Shown: in pieces, positions 12,742-24,365 of the stretch | How the letters are laid out: each line of letters opens with the position of its first letter | Position numbering within the stretch: the stretch's first letter is position 1 | NCBI RefSeq assembly: GCF_009914755.1 | Contig: NC_060926.1 | DNA from: the human T2T-CHM13v2.0 reference genome, Homo sapiens | Length of the DNA: 64,000 bases | Reading direction: 5' to 3' (one strand) | Program-made: the position numbers and the translations under genes | Notes under the pieces: model-generated | The model's database searches: none | What the model was told of the DNA's origin: nothing | The model's input: the letters and a program-made list of their open reading frames with translations, nothing else

Positions 12742-12954
12742 TGATGAACAGATCTTTTTCTATAAGAAGCCAATAGTAAATATTTTTGGCTTTGCAGATC
12801 ATACAATCTCTATTACAACTACCCACTCCACCCTTGTAGCATGAAAGTAGCCACAGACAATATGTAAACAGATGAGCATGGTTGTATTCCAATAAAACTT
12901 TCTTTATAATAATAGGAAGGATATGGTCTACACACCATAGTTTGCTAACCCCTG
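12742..12954. mobile_element. MER58A hAT-Charlie MITE
   Basis: ATAGTAAATATTTTTGGCTTTGCAG..GTAGCATGAAAGTAGCCACAGACAATATGTAAAC..GTATTCCAATAAAACTT..AGTTTGCTAACCCCTG. Confidence 0.85.
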
Positions 12955-14199
12955 CTGTAGTCTGCCTTAGAAAAAGAAAAGTTTTACTTATATTCCAATC
13001 TGAGATGGTGTATGCTTCTATGGGTGTGAGTGTGTTTGTGCTTTATGCACTATCTGTATTTATAAATAAACTGGAAGGAAGTACACAAAATACATATGAA
13101 TAATAATTTATTATGAATAATTTTGTGTTTCCCCTATACTTTCTAAATTTTCCACTACTTTTTATATGTAATTATTTTAAATTTTCCTTTTGTAACTCTT
13201 GTATAGTCAGAAAAAATATACATCATTTGAAAAATAAAGATGAAAACCAGTTAGCTTATATGTTCCTTAATAGAAAACCTCTGCTGGGAATTCATAACAC
13301 CTTTTGTGTTGAAAACAATCAGGTCCTCACCATGCTTGCAGATAAAGTAAAAACTCACTCGAGTCCAGCTCATTGGTGCAAGCAAAAGAGGAACAGAAAG
13401 GACGAGGGCAATTCAGCAGTTAACTGCACAAGCATTACCCAGTGATCCTAATTTCCATGATTTTAATAATAATGAGTGAAACCCAAAGTGTTAAGTTGCA
13501 CTTTCTACCTCAGCAAAACAGAGTGATAATTGTGCGGAGAATAATTTTATGGGTGAAGTGTGCCCTGTATTGTAAAAGATTAGAATAAAGTACTCTAATA
13601 CACAATGTCTTAGCAGGTGCAGGCACTTACCTGAGCAATTAAAATCTTCTTAATATACAAATCACAGCCAATGAGACTGCTGGCATGACAGAATAGATCT
13701 TTCAGGACACAAAGTGTTTGTCTAAAACAGGTTTTTTTTTCACCCTGGCTTTATTTATTTATTTTTGCTAGCAATCATTTGTAGATCTTTTATTTGAAAA
13801 AGAAAATTGACCAAACATGGATAATTTGCTCCAAATATACCCAAGCACATTCATTCTCTTACAAATCCATTCAGACCACAAAAAGCTATTAAATACTTAC
13901 TATGTATGAGGCACTGTGCTGGGTGCCGAATAGGCTATTTTGGGACCAATTATCATCTTCCCCACAAACAGAGGGAAGCGCTTCTAGATGATGGCTATGA
14001 GTTGTCAGGCTGGTAAAAATGGTCATTTGAGTCCTCTCCAGGTTGCTGGCATTCTGTCCAAGTGGTTCAATTCCTGGTCATCTTAGGACCATGCTTCCAA
14101 GATGCTAGACTAGCATAACAGAAGGCCAGCCCTCTGAACCTAACTTTGCAGGTGAAATGTTAAATAGAAATGAAATTAACACAGGCCCCGGCTCCTTTC

Positions 14200-14935
14200 C
14201 TCCCTTGTCTCTTCAACATATTTCAAGCTGGTTCTTGCCTTTATTCTTTATAAAAACTACTCTTATAAAGTCCCCAATGAATTCTACATTTTTAAATCCA
14301 GTAGTCAATTATCAGCAGCATTTGACAAGAGGCCATTCCTTCTGCCTCAATATTCTCCATCATCCCCTTGATGTGCAGGACATCACACATCTCCCTGTTA
14401 GTTCCTGTCCAGTCAAGTTGACTCTTCCTCTTCTTCTTGACCTCTGTTAAGTGCCCCATAGTTTAGTTAGTCCTACCTCCTCTTCTCTTCTCAATCTACA
14501 ACTCACTTTCTAAGTGAGTTTATCAAGTCTTGTGGCTTTAAATTCAAATTATATGCCAACAATTGGCAAATTATTATTTTTAGTCCAGATTGTCTCCCAA
14601 AGACTAAACTCACCAGTCTAACATGACCTCTTACCTGGATATATAAGAGCTATCTCAAACATAAAATGTTCCAAACTGATTCTCACAAAGCCTGCATATC
14701 TTCAGCCCCCTAAATCTTAGCTTACTTCAATTGCATCATTTCAGCGACTCAGAGAGAAAACTTTGGTGTTATCCGTGACCCCTCTCTTTCTCTTATGCCT
14801 CACATTCAGACCATCAGGAAATCTGGTTGGCTCTACTTTCAAAATACACAGAGTCAAGTTCCTCTGGACCATCCCCACTGTCACATCAATGTCTAAACTC
14901 CTGTCATCTCTCAGTTGGACAACTGCCATGGCCTC
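14200..14935 (+). mobile_element. L2 fragment (ORF2/3' region)
   Basis: TCAGCAGCATTTGACA..GCTTTAAATT..ATCTCAAACATAAAATGTTCCAAACTGA..TCAGGAAATCTGGTTGGCTCTACTTTCAAAATAC. Pyrimidine-rich L2 text. Confidence 0.78.
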
Positions 14936-15559
14936 TGGCAATAATCTTGGACATCAAGGATTACCATGAATATCTCATCTGCAGTTCATTTTGATGATGC
15001 AGAAATCAGTTCAGGCTGCCCCAAAAGGTTTCAGAGAACATGTTAACCATAGTATAGCTTTGATAGGCAGAGAAAATAAAATTGAATAGGTCAGCCTCCT
15101 AAAATACTACAAGATTTACAGGAAGTGTTTAAAACTCACTTCAGTGACACACTTCATCAATGACACAATAGTCTGTCTTCATATTTCAGACATGCTGTTG
15201 GGAATCATTTACTAATTTTTTAATAAATTAAAAAGTTATCCAGATTTGCATGATCAGTCTATCTGCATGCCCATCGGTAAATCTGTTTGGTTAAAGATAT
15301 TACTGGCATGGAAAGGATGACCACAAATGTGCTCTTTCTTCTAGAGCAATTTTGGCTTCTCTACATTGACACAATCTTCACCACCACGGGAGGGAACAAA
15401 AACATCCCGGCAGTGAAGAGCCTGTCTAAGCATGAGTAGTGGGTTGCAGGTGGCTAGCACATCCCCAAGACCATCTCTAGAGGTGTTGAGAATGTCCTGA
15501 CCCTTGTGACACCCAAGAGTCAACACATGCCTTTAAAATGTATTACACCTTTGCATATG

Positions 15560-15920
15560 GGTACACAGGAAATTTTATCAGAGGCTCAACCCCTGAGGTA
15601 AGGTCTAGGATTTGCCTTCTTAGAAAATAAACCCAGCAATTTTGATGCTGGTTGTCTGTGAACCACATTTTGGAAAACTCTAATGTGGTTCAGTTAGAAT
15701 AGGGATGGGTTTCAGCCATCCAGAGATGAGGTTCGACCATGGTCTCCAAATCACTGGGTAATCCTGGCAAGGTGTTTCTAGCATTCTAAGCCTTCGTTTT
15801 TACATTTACAAAATAGAATAACAAGATATAAGCAGGTATTATTTTCCTGTTAATCAGTTCTGGTGAAATAACAGGAAAATGCTTAAAAACCCCAAAGTAC
15901 CACACAAATTTAAATTACTG
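15560..15920. mobile_element. MER5-like fragment followed by a MIR/MIR3 fragment
   Basis: ..ATTTTGATGCTGGTTGTCTGTGAACCACATTTTGGAAAAC, then a MIR core-like stretch CCTGGCAAGG..TCTAAGCCTTCGTTTTTACATTTACAAAATAG. Confidence 0.5.
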
Positions 15921-16033
15921 TTATTATTTCTTTTACACACATTGCCTTGTTTTTATTATCCCTAGTCAGATTTCTAGTAAAGTTTTAATTTGTGGGCCAG
16001 TTTTATATCCATGACCTTATTTGAAGCTTTTTT

Positions 16034-16334
16034 ACATCTTTTTTTTTTTTTTTTTTTTTGAGACAGAGTCTTGCTCTGTTGCCCAGGCTGGAGTGCAGTG
16101 GTACGATCACTGCAACATCCACCTCCTGGGTTCAAACGATTCTTCTGCCTCAGCCTCCTCAGTAGCTGAGATTACAGGCACCCAGCACCACACCCAGCTA
16201 ATTTTTGCATTTTTAATAGAGATGAGGTTTTGTCATGTTGACCAAGCTGGTTTTGAACTCCTGACCTCAGGTGATCTGCCTGCCTTGGCCTCCCAAACTG
16301 CTGGGATTACAGAGGTGAGCCACTACACCTGGCC
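16034..16334 (-). mobile_element. Alu (AluS-type), full length
   Basis: Poly-T followed by a dimeric Alu ending ..CACCTGGCC. TSD TTGAAGCT(T/A)TTTT at 16021-16033 and 16335-16347. Small internal deletion at ~16108. Confidence 0.97.
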
Positions 16335-16646
16335 TTGAAGCTATTTTAGAATTAAAAAAATGCATCTTTATAAATACAGAAACCACCTCAGAGTTTAGAG
16401 ATGATTTATTTTATACACTTCACAAGAAAGCAGTGAAGCAATTGGTGTTTCCCCCTCACTTTATCAAAACTACGTGATGAGTCTTATGACATACAAAGTA
16501 ATTAAAACCAGGAAAGAATAAGTATGACAAAAAAAAATCCATCATATAGAAAGTTAGACAATTTTGGGGAGGTGCAATACTGTGTATCAACTTCCATAAG
16601 AAAAGTCGCATCAATTATAAATCAACCACACAGCACAGAGATTAAA

Positions 16647-17158
16647 TGTAGTAACTTCTCCTTGGGCCCTGAGAGGAAGAAGCTGGTCCAGAGATATCTC
16701 CTGCTTTAGCGGGTGGCAACAGGTGGCAATATAGCCAGGGGCAGAGTGGGTGTCAATCCACTATCAGTACATTGGCCTACCTCTATGTTCCCCTGCAGTG
16801 GCAATGGATCATCTCAAGGACCTGATGTCTCTATTTCTGTGATTGAGGGCTTTCTCTGGGCTAAGGGAGGTTGGTCAGTCCTGATACAGAGCCACCCAAA
16901 ACTCAACCAATGAGGAATAGGAGACAGAAGAGGAATACCCCGGGTGCACCAATCCTCAAAGGAGCCCTCAGAAAAATGGATCCCCAATTTCCCACAGTTG
17001 TAATTTGATCATTAACATACCCTGTACTGACCCCTCAGTCTTATCTGGCTCTCCCCATGTGCTACCCCAGGTGCACCTCCTGGGATAAACTCTGAAATAA
17101 CTACCTGTCCCCAAGTCTCTATCTCGAGGTCTGCTTTTGTGGAAACCCAAACTAACAC
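16647..17158 (+). mobile_element. LTR16-family (ERVL) solo LTR
   Basis: Begins TGTAG. The 3' end AAATAACTACCTGTCCCCAAGTCTCTATCTCGAGGTCTGCTTTTGTGGAAACCCAAACTAACA resembles the LTR16 terminus. Confidence 0.65.
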
Positions 17159-17159
17159 C

Positions 17160-17390
17160 ATGGGCTTTGGAATAAGATAAATTTTTATTCTTGTTTAATC
17201 ACTTGGTAGTTGTCTGGTCTTGAGCAATTTACTTAACCTTTCTAAATATCAATTTTCTTATCTACAAAATATAGATGATAGTCACTATGCTTACTTCATA
17301 GAACTACTGTGGAGATTAAAGATGTAAAACAAATAGTATAGAAATTGACATTTAATAAATGCTAAATAAGTGCTGGCCATTGTGACTGTG
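17160..17390 (+). mobile_element. MIR
   Basis: GGGCTTTGGAATAAGA..CTTGAGCAATTTACTTAACCTTTCT..TCTACAAAAT..GTGGAGATTAAA..TAAATGCT. Confidence 0.75.
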
Positions 17391-17409
17391 GTTGTTAAGA
17401 GGGCATTTC

Positions 17410-17575
17410 AAACAACCGTGAGACACCATTCACTCCTATTAGACTAGGAGAAAATGACAAATCCTGACAATATTTAGTGTTGGTGGATTGTATTTTTTAA
17501 AATGGGGATGTTCACACTTTATTGTTGGGAGAAGCTGTTATGACTATTTTGGCAAGCAGTTTGACAATATCTAAA
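17410..17575 (+). mobile_element. Old L1 ORF2 fragment
   Basis: AACAACCGTGAGACACCATTCACTCCTATTAGACTAG..TATTTTGGCAAGCAGTTTGACAATATCTA. Confidence 0.6.
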
Positions 17576-17704
17576 TACGGATACAGAGAATGCACTCATT
17601 TCATTAACATGCTCATCAATGGGGACAGATGATAGGGAACTGGACCAAGTAAGCTACACTGTCAGTTTGACCAAGTTGGTGAGCCTCTCATTGTACAAGG
17701 TTTA

Positions 17705-18705
17705 TTACTGAGTAGCTTAAACAACAGAAATTTATTTTCTTATAAATTTGAAGGCTAGAACTCTGAGATCAAGGTGTTAGCAGGGTTGGTTTCTTCTGAA
17801 GGATCTCTCTTTGGCTTGTAGATGTTGGGGTTCAGAAAACAATACCCCAAAATGAAAGCCTCAGAAGCAGCCTCAGAAGCAAAAGTTTTTCTCCAATCTT
17901 CTCCTGCCCTCCTGTCAGTCAGTCCCATTCTCTTCCAAGGTTAGCCATGGACACTAGAATTCGTCTTCCCCAAGATGAGTCATAGATATCAGAACTCCTT
18001 TTCCCTAAAGCCAGCCATAAAACCTGAAAGTATTACTCTGTTCCCTCCACCTTTCTGTGTAAAAACTGTCCACGAAGACATTATCTGACCTACCTTGTTT
18101 GATTGTAGGTCTATACGACCCCTACTCCAGAGAGGGCCCTGCCTACACCCATAAGGAAGGAATGCAAGCTTAGAGAGGGTGCTAATAATCCAGACAGGCA
18201 GGACTTGCTGGGCTTCCCCACTCACGCTATTAGCACTAGATCAAACCCTTTTTGTCCAATCATATTTCTATACTGCTATCCATACTTTGTGAACCTAAGC
18301 ATACAAATAGACAATTTCCCCTGTTTCTTTGGGTCTTCATTCCGCAGGCTCTTGTATACACAAAGAGCCTTAAATACATAAGCCTTAAATAAATGTGTGT
18401 GCCTTTTCTCCAATTAATCTGCTTTTCACACGTTGATTTTTCAGCAAGCCTTCAGAGGGCCAAGTCCTTGGCCCCTGCAATGGCTATCTTCTCCCTGCAT
18501 GGTCTTCTGTCTGTACCTTTCTGTGTCCTAATTTCCTTTTCTAATAAAAACACCAGCCAGATTGAATTACAGCCCCCACTAAAGACTTTATTTTAATTTA
18601 ATTAACTCTTCAAAGACTCTACCTCTAAATACAGTCACATTCTGAGGTACTAGGGGTTAGGACATTAACATTAATTTGGGATGAGGGACAATTTAGCCTA
18701 TAACA
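17705..18705 (-). mobile_element. MLT1B-like LTR interrupted by an ERV1 LTR
   Basis: The left arm GCTTAAACAACAGAAATTTATT..TGGCTTGTAGA continues in the right arm as TGGCTATCTTCTCCCTG..CAGTCACATTCTGAGGTACTAGGGGTTAGGAC..CCTATAACA. Confidence 0.85.
17823..18479 (+). mobile_element. MER39/MER39B-like ERV1 solo LTR
   Basis: TG...CA bounded, 657 bp. Starts TGTTGGGGTTCAGAAAACAATACCCCAAAATGAAAGCCTCAGAAGCAGCCTCAGAAGC, with AATAAA near the 3' end. Confidence 0.8.
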
Positions 18706-21700
18706 TTTACAAACTAGGGAGAATAATGCCTATCATGCAAGTACTGGGTAAAAACCAATGAAAAATTGCACACTGAAAATAGAATCTTATAATTATCAAA
18801 GTAACTGAGGCTGCCCAATTATAATACTATGTATGTAGTTCAGGCCAGCTCAACCTTCAAGCAGACAACAAATCCTGCTATGGTCCTTTGCAGCAAATAA
18901 AGATAGAAGAGCATCACCACATTCTGTGACAGAACCACAAAAACATAAAGGTCAATCCTTTCTCCTAAGGTGCTCTGGCCAGGCAAGTCACCTGAACATC
19001 AAGGCTATAATTACGCACCTAATTATGGGGTGCCTGGTTTTTGTTTGTTTATGTTTCGATACAGACTCTTTAACAAAAGATATGAGTCCTTTCTTAAAAT
19101 ACATGGTGGCAATTTGACACTATGTCCTGCCACCCAAGTTGTGTTGGGGGGAAGCCATAGAAAGTTGGGGTCATCACATGTTTTATCCTTGCCTGCCTTT
19201 GATCATGCTGATGTGGTTCTCATGTTCTGCCAGCTTAATCCAAGCACTGCACGAAGTAAATTAATTCACAGGTGAAATCTGTTGAAATTAAAATATATGT
19301 ATGTATCAGTTAGTTTATCATATTTCCCTCTCCAACACAGATCATAGTTATCATGCCACCAAAGGTGCAAAGGCTGCTGGAAGTCTGACCAGTTAGGCTA
19401 CTCAAAATCACATGGGAAGGGGCACCATGAAGCTCTCAACTCTGGCCCTCTTACACTCTATCCTTCGTCTGACTATGACCCTTGTCAAAGAAAGGATCCA
19501 GCAGCAATTCAGGAAATACCTGCACTTTTCACTCTAGCTTCCCCAAAGCTCTCTCTCATTGATGACAGAGACCTGCCCATCTGTATTCCCTCTCATTCAT
19601 TCAAATAAAGTGTGTGATTCCCCCCAAAGACCAGAACACAGCCTGTGCCCATCAAGGCACTTATAAACTGGAAAGAACTTCAGCCTTTAGAAGCCAAGCA
19701 CTCGCATCAGCACATCCTAGCCAGACCTGTGTGGGGTTCTGAACGTGGCTACTTAAAGTGCCCTTTCCATGTGACTTCTCCTCCTGAGTCACTTTCAGTG
19801 AGCTTTTCTCTACTAATCGCATCACTGTCTGAACTCCACAGAGACATCTACACTTTCCTTGGAGGTTTCTGCCTGATTTCCAAGTAATGGTAAGAGTGTG
19901 GCAGGGCCAGGGGGACCAGCCCCACTTTAGCTGTAGGGTCCCACTACCCACTCTGCTCTATGGCCTGGCCAGCACTTATGATGCATTGTCCCATCACCTG
20001 CACCACTTACAGCACAAAAGCTATTTAGCCAGTGCCTGCAACCCTTCAGCCTGCGATGCCTTGACAGCAGAGGTTATAGCAAAAAAGAGAGAGAGGGAGA
20101 GGGGGAGAGAGAGAGAAAGAGAGAACAATGTGCAATCGGCACTGCATTAGAGATGGAAAAAGTACTTAAAGCCTGCAACATTCATCAAGACTGAATACAT
20201 AAATGCCACATTTTGAATAAGCGAAGCAAAAGACAATGACAAAGGAAAGGCGCATTGCTTCAGGAATCTCTATCATTTTCATTTGCTGCTGTCAGGAACC
20301 TGTTTTTTGCCTCTCACTCTATCAGCCATTATAGCATTAATGAAGTAACCTCACATAGTTATTGACTGGCTTGTCAGAGGCCCTGCCTGATCCCTTAATA
20401 GAAACCATTGGTCTTCAGTTAAAAATGGGGTGAGCTGGGAGGTGCTGTGGGCATGTGCTGAATTTCAAGTGCACTCCTGAGGTTATCAAAAGCCATGAAA
20501 TGCAAATTATTATATTTTCTAAACACACAGATTTCATGCAACTGAGCATATAAAATTGACTAATATTGTACTTTATGCATGCCTTATAATGTTTTCAAAT
20601 ATGCTCTGCATATGTTCTTCTCCCAGAAAGTTGTGGGTGGTATTTGAATAAGTAGAGGTAGGCCTAGTTTTATTTTGTTGCTTGAGTTGTCTTCTGTTTG
20701 CTGCAAGCCGGCACTTCTATCTAATATAGAGCCATGTTGGTACGCTGTCTGCTCAAACAACACCATCAGTCCCCTTGTCTGAATTTCAGTCTCAGATCAA
20801 AATTATTTTTCTCTCACAATTTTCTTTCCTCATCTAAAGGTATCCAGCTCTTCAAACTAGCATATCATTTTCTAACAACTGCAGATTGGCAGGAAGTCTA
20901 AGGAATAAATTCTTATCCAAGAAGGCAATACACTGGAAAAATAATCCTCGATGCAGAGTTGTTAATTCCAGTAACATAATACTATAGAATAGATATGATA
21001 AAATGCAAGCACAACAAAACAAAAAAGGGTAAAATATGAAAAGTCAAGGATAAAAAACCTTGGAAAGTTGATTATACTTCTGAATCAGAAAAAGCCAAGA
21101 CAATGATTACAGGGTTAAGCTTGAGGGGGCCTTCAAAGAGACACTGATAAGAATGCATAGCTAGCATTGTTTTTTTGGGCACATAGAGTGCTAGCTTCAC
21201 ATTGGTATTTAATTGGATCATTCTCGCAGTATAAAGTTTTGACCTTTTCTCAGCTTCTCAGGAGAGGAAATGTGGCATCTATGTCTGTTGATTTGCATGA
21301 TGGCTCCCCAAAACTGGCTCCCTCTGACAGTAGATTATGTGCATTTCTCACCTTTGGGATCATCCAAAAACTATGAACAAGAAGCTCAAAAATGTCTTCT
21401 CTGCATATTTTATATTCAAATACTTGTTGCTTCCCTTTGCCATCAGCACTATCTCAGTTCAACTGCTTCCTCACATGGACAATCTGTAGACCCACCAAAA
21501 TACATTACATTTTCTCACTTGAGAATAAAATTAAAGACCTAAGACTTAGCCACTATATAAATATTAATGAGTCAACTTCTAAAGTTTCAACTTAGTTGAA
21601 AGAAATATTAACTGGCTCCCATTGTTAGCCTATTATATTCAAGCAACTATACATTAACCTAAAGAAAAACTGAATATGCATTTTCTTCTAAGCCATTTTG

Positions 21701-22154
21701 CTCTCTTTTAGACTGGACCCAAATTCTTCAATAAAAACATATTTATTGTACTTTCTTTTCACATGTCCACAAAGCCCACAAAACCTAAAATTGCAAGGAT
21801 ACAAACTCTTCTTGATCTCTAGCATTAATAGCGGTCATTTATTGTTTTCATTAGAAAGACATTTAGCAGGTGGTATATAGTATGTTCTAGCTGCAAGCAA
21901 AGATTACCAGCTTTTTCAATGTTTAAGGTCAAATCAAAGATATAAAAGTATAGCCAACTCGTAGCTACTTTGAAAGCTCTATCACATTTTTGATGTCAAT
22001 AAACATATAATTATACATTCATATAGCTAAAACTGTAACCTACCTCTATGCCATTTTAATTCAATGTTCTTATGATAGTCATAAATAAAATAGAGGCCCA
22101 AATAAGATAAGTGACTTGTTCAAGGTCATATAATAAGTCACTGACATTTACATG

Positions 22155-23040
22155 ATCATTTATTCAAGATATATTTATTTGAACACATTCTATGTATGAG
22201 GCACTGGAGTCAGCCCTGAAGACATAAAAATTATAAATACTTGGTCCCTAATCATGTGAAACTCATGATATAGTGGGGAACAGGCACTGTTTAATAATTT
22301 GTCATCAGTGCTCTAACAGGAGAAGCGCAGAGATACTGTGCTGGAAGGGGAGCAGTAAGAAAAGGCTTCCAGAAAAAGGGATATTTAAGTGGAGACTTGA
22401 AAGATAGAATGGATTCAAGCATATAATGATAACAAAATGAGAATGGAGAGTTTAGTGTTAGGCATTCAGTGAAAGATATGGCATGTATGAAAGCTTGGAG
22501 GTGAGAGGTAAGGTAATTTGTTCAAGAAACAAAGTCAGATCATGAAGACCGGAATGTAGACTGTGAGGTGAGAAATTGGAAAAGCCAGCAGAAGCCATGT
22601 TATGAACAGCCTCTGGATCAAGGCAACGACTTTAAACTTCCTCCTTAGAGCATTCTGAAGTTATGGAGGGTATTACGCAGGGAGGTGAGCTAATCAAATT
22701 TATAATTTGTAGAATCAGCCTGGCTAGAACTGAAAGGAGTAAGATGCAGGGCTGGAGAAAGAGACCAGTAAGAGCTAAAACAAAGGTGAGAGATAAAGAT
22801 GAGGATGATAGCGGTGAGGATAGTTGAAGGCCTATTTAGAAGTGAGATTGACTGACCCTGGTGATGGGAGGGAACTGGAAAAGGAGGAGGAAGTAGGAAA
22901 GAAATAGGAGGCAACTATGCCTTCCACATTTCTGGGTAGGGCTACTGGATACTTGGTGGTTCCATTCATTGTGGTAGATAGCAGATGAGAATCATATTTA
23001 GATGAAAGAGAATGATGAGTTCAATTTTATACAAGTTAAA
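22155..23040 (-). mobile_element. L2 3' region
   Basis: CATTTATTCAAGATATATTTATTGAACACATTCTATGTATGAGGCACTG.. followed by purine-rich L2 text to ..GATGAGTTCAATTTTATACAAGTTAA. Confidence 0.8.
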
Positions 23041-24194
23041 TGATTAACAATCATTTCGGTCACCAAGTGAATAAATACAGCAGAATCTCAAAGCCAGAAT
23101 GGAATCCGGGCCTGCAAACCAGCAGTCCAGTGTTCTTTCTCTGTAACTGTATGAATAATGACTCCTTCCTGCCCAAAGTGCTGAATGTTGAAAGCAGCTT
23201 TCTAAAAATTAACTACTAAAGAACTCCAAGACACAATAGAAGGCTTCTTTAGAATATGCACCTAGACTTTTCAGTTTTCACTAGGTTTTCTAGTCTCAAA
23301 AGTCATAGTACAACTTTTACCCAGAACATTATTAGTTATAAAAGAAAAAAAATAAAGAAACATCTTACCCTTTACGCATTTACCACTTTACAGCTCACAA
23401 AGCACTTTCACAAATGTAAGTTATAGCATTTAATCTCCTAAAGGTAATGCCTTTTGTGCTGTTTCTCGTCACTGCTATGACATACACTGCCACAGTTTAC
23501 AGTGAAGTATCTTTGTCAACCCTATGATCTTGCTGGGATAGTTGGGTCCAGCCAGGTGCCTCCAAACAATCTGTTCTAAATGTGCTCCTTTGTAAATAAG
23601 GGAACTGAATTAAAACACCCCAAGGTCCTGTCTGGCTTTAAGATTCTGTGATTTTAAGCCTGAAGCTTGGGGTTCTGGAATACTGAATTTATAGTATGTT
23701 ATTTATAAATCAGAGATGCACATAATGAGGAAAAAAAATGCAGACCATGTCAGAAAACACCGAGAGGAAAATGAGAGCAGGAAGTAAGAGCTTTCATGGA
23801 GAAATCATTGCTGGGATAGTGAGACCTCAAAGCTAGGAGAAGAATGAAAAAAGGTAATATAGTAAGGAGCGTCGGACACATTCTTTAATGTGATGTTGAC
23901 CCACGTCTACTCAACTCATGCTCTCATTTCCCCAATTCAATGTGCAAGAGTAGGTTCTTCAGCCACTGTGTGCTCTTGACACCTCCATCAAAAGACATGA
24001 AGGGAATAATCATATTTTCACCCTAACAGCATTAAGAAGGAGTAAGCTCTTTATTCTTTTTCTTGTTTTTCATGGTAACAAACTACAATAACTATGAGCA
24101 GAATCAAAGACTTCAGGAGAAGCAGAGGGAGTGAGGGAGAAGAAAGGTGTTTGTTATTTTATTAAAGTGTGGGTACTGGCATATAATTTTTTAA

Positions 24195-24365
24195 AACACA
24201 CACACACTACCTGCACACCCATTACACATACATACTTATCTATATATACACAGGTCCTCTACACAAGTGTCTGTGCACATCTGCTCTCACACACATCACA
24301 CATACACACAAACACACCCCCACAACCACACATGCACACATCATTGTGCACACTCATACAGGCAC
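24195..24365. repeat. Degenerate (CA)n low-complexity tract
   Basis: Interrupted ACAC runs. Confidence 0.8.

Noticed and set aside
16021-16338. 105-aa ORF, and similar ORFs at 51046, 56701 and 60621
   Set aside because: Typical Alu-antisense translations.
16705-16735. GCAACAGGTGGCAA as a CTCF site
   Set aside because: Key 5' positions are mismatched and it lies in an old LTR. Weaker than the 54.1 kb candidate.
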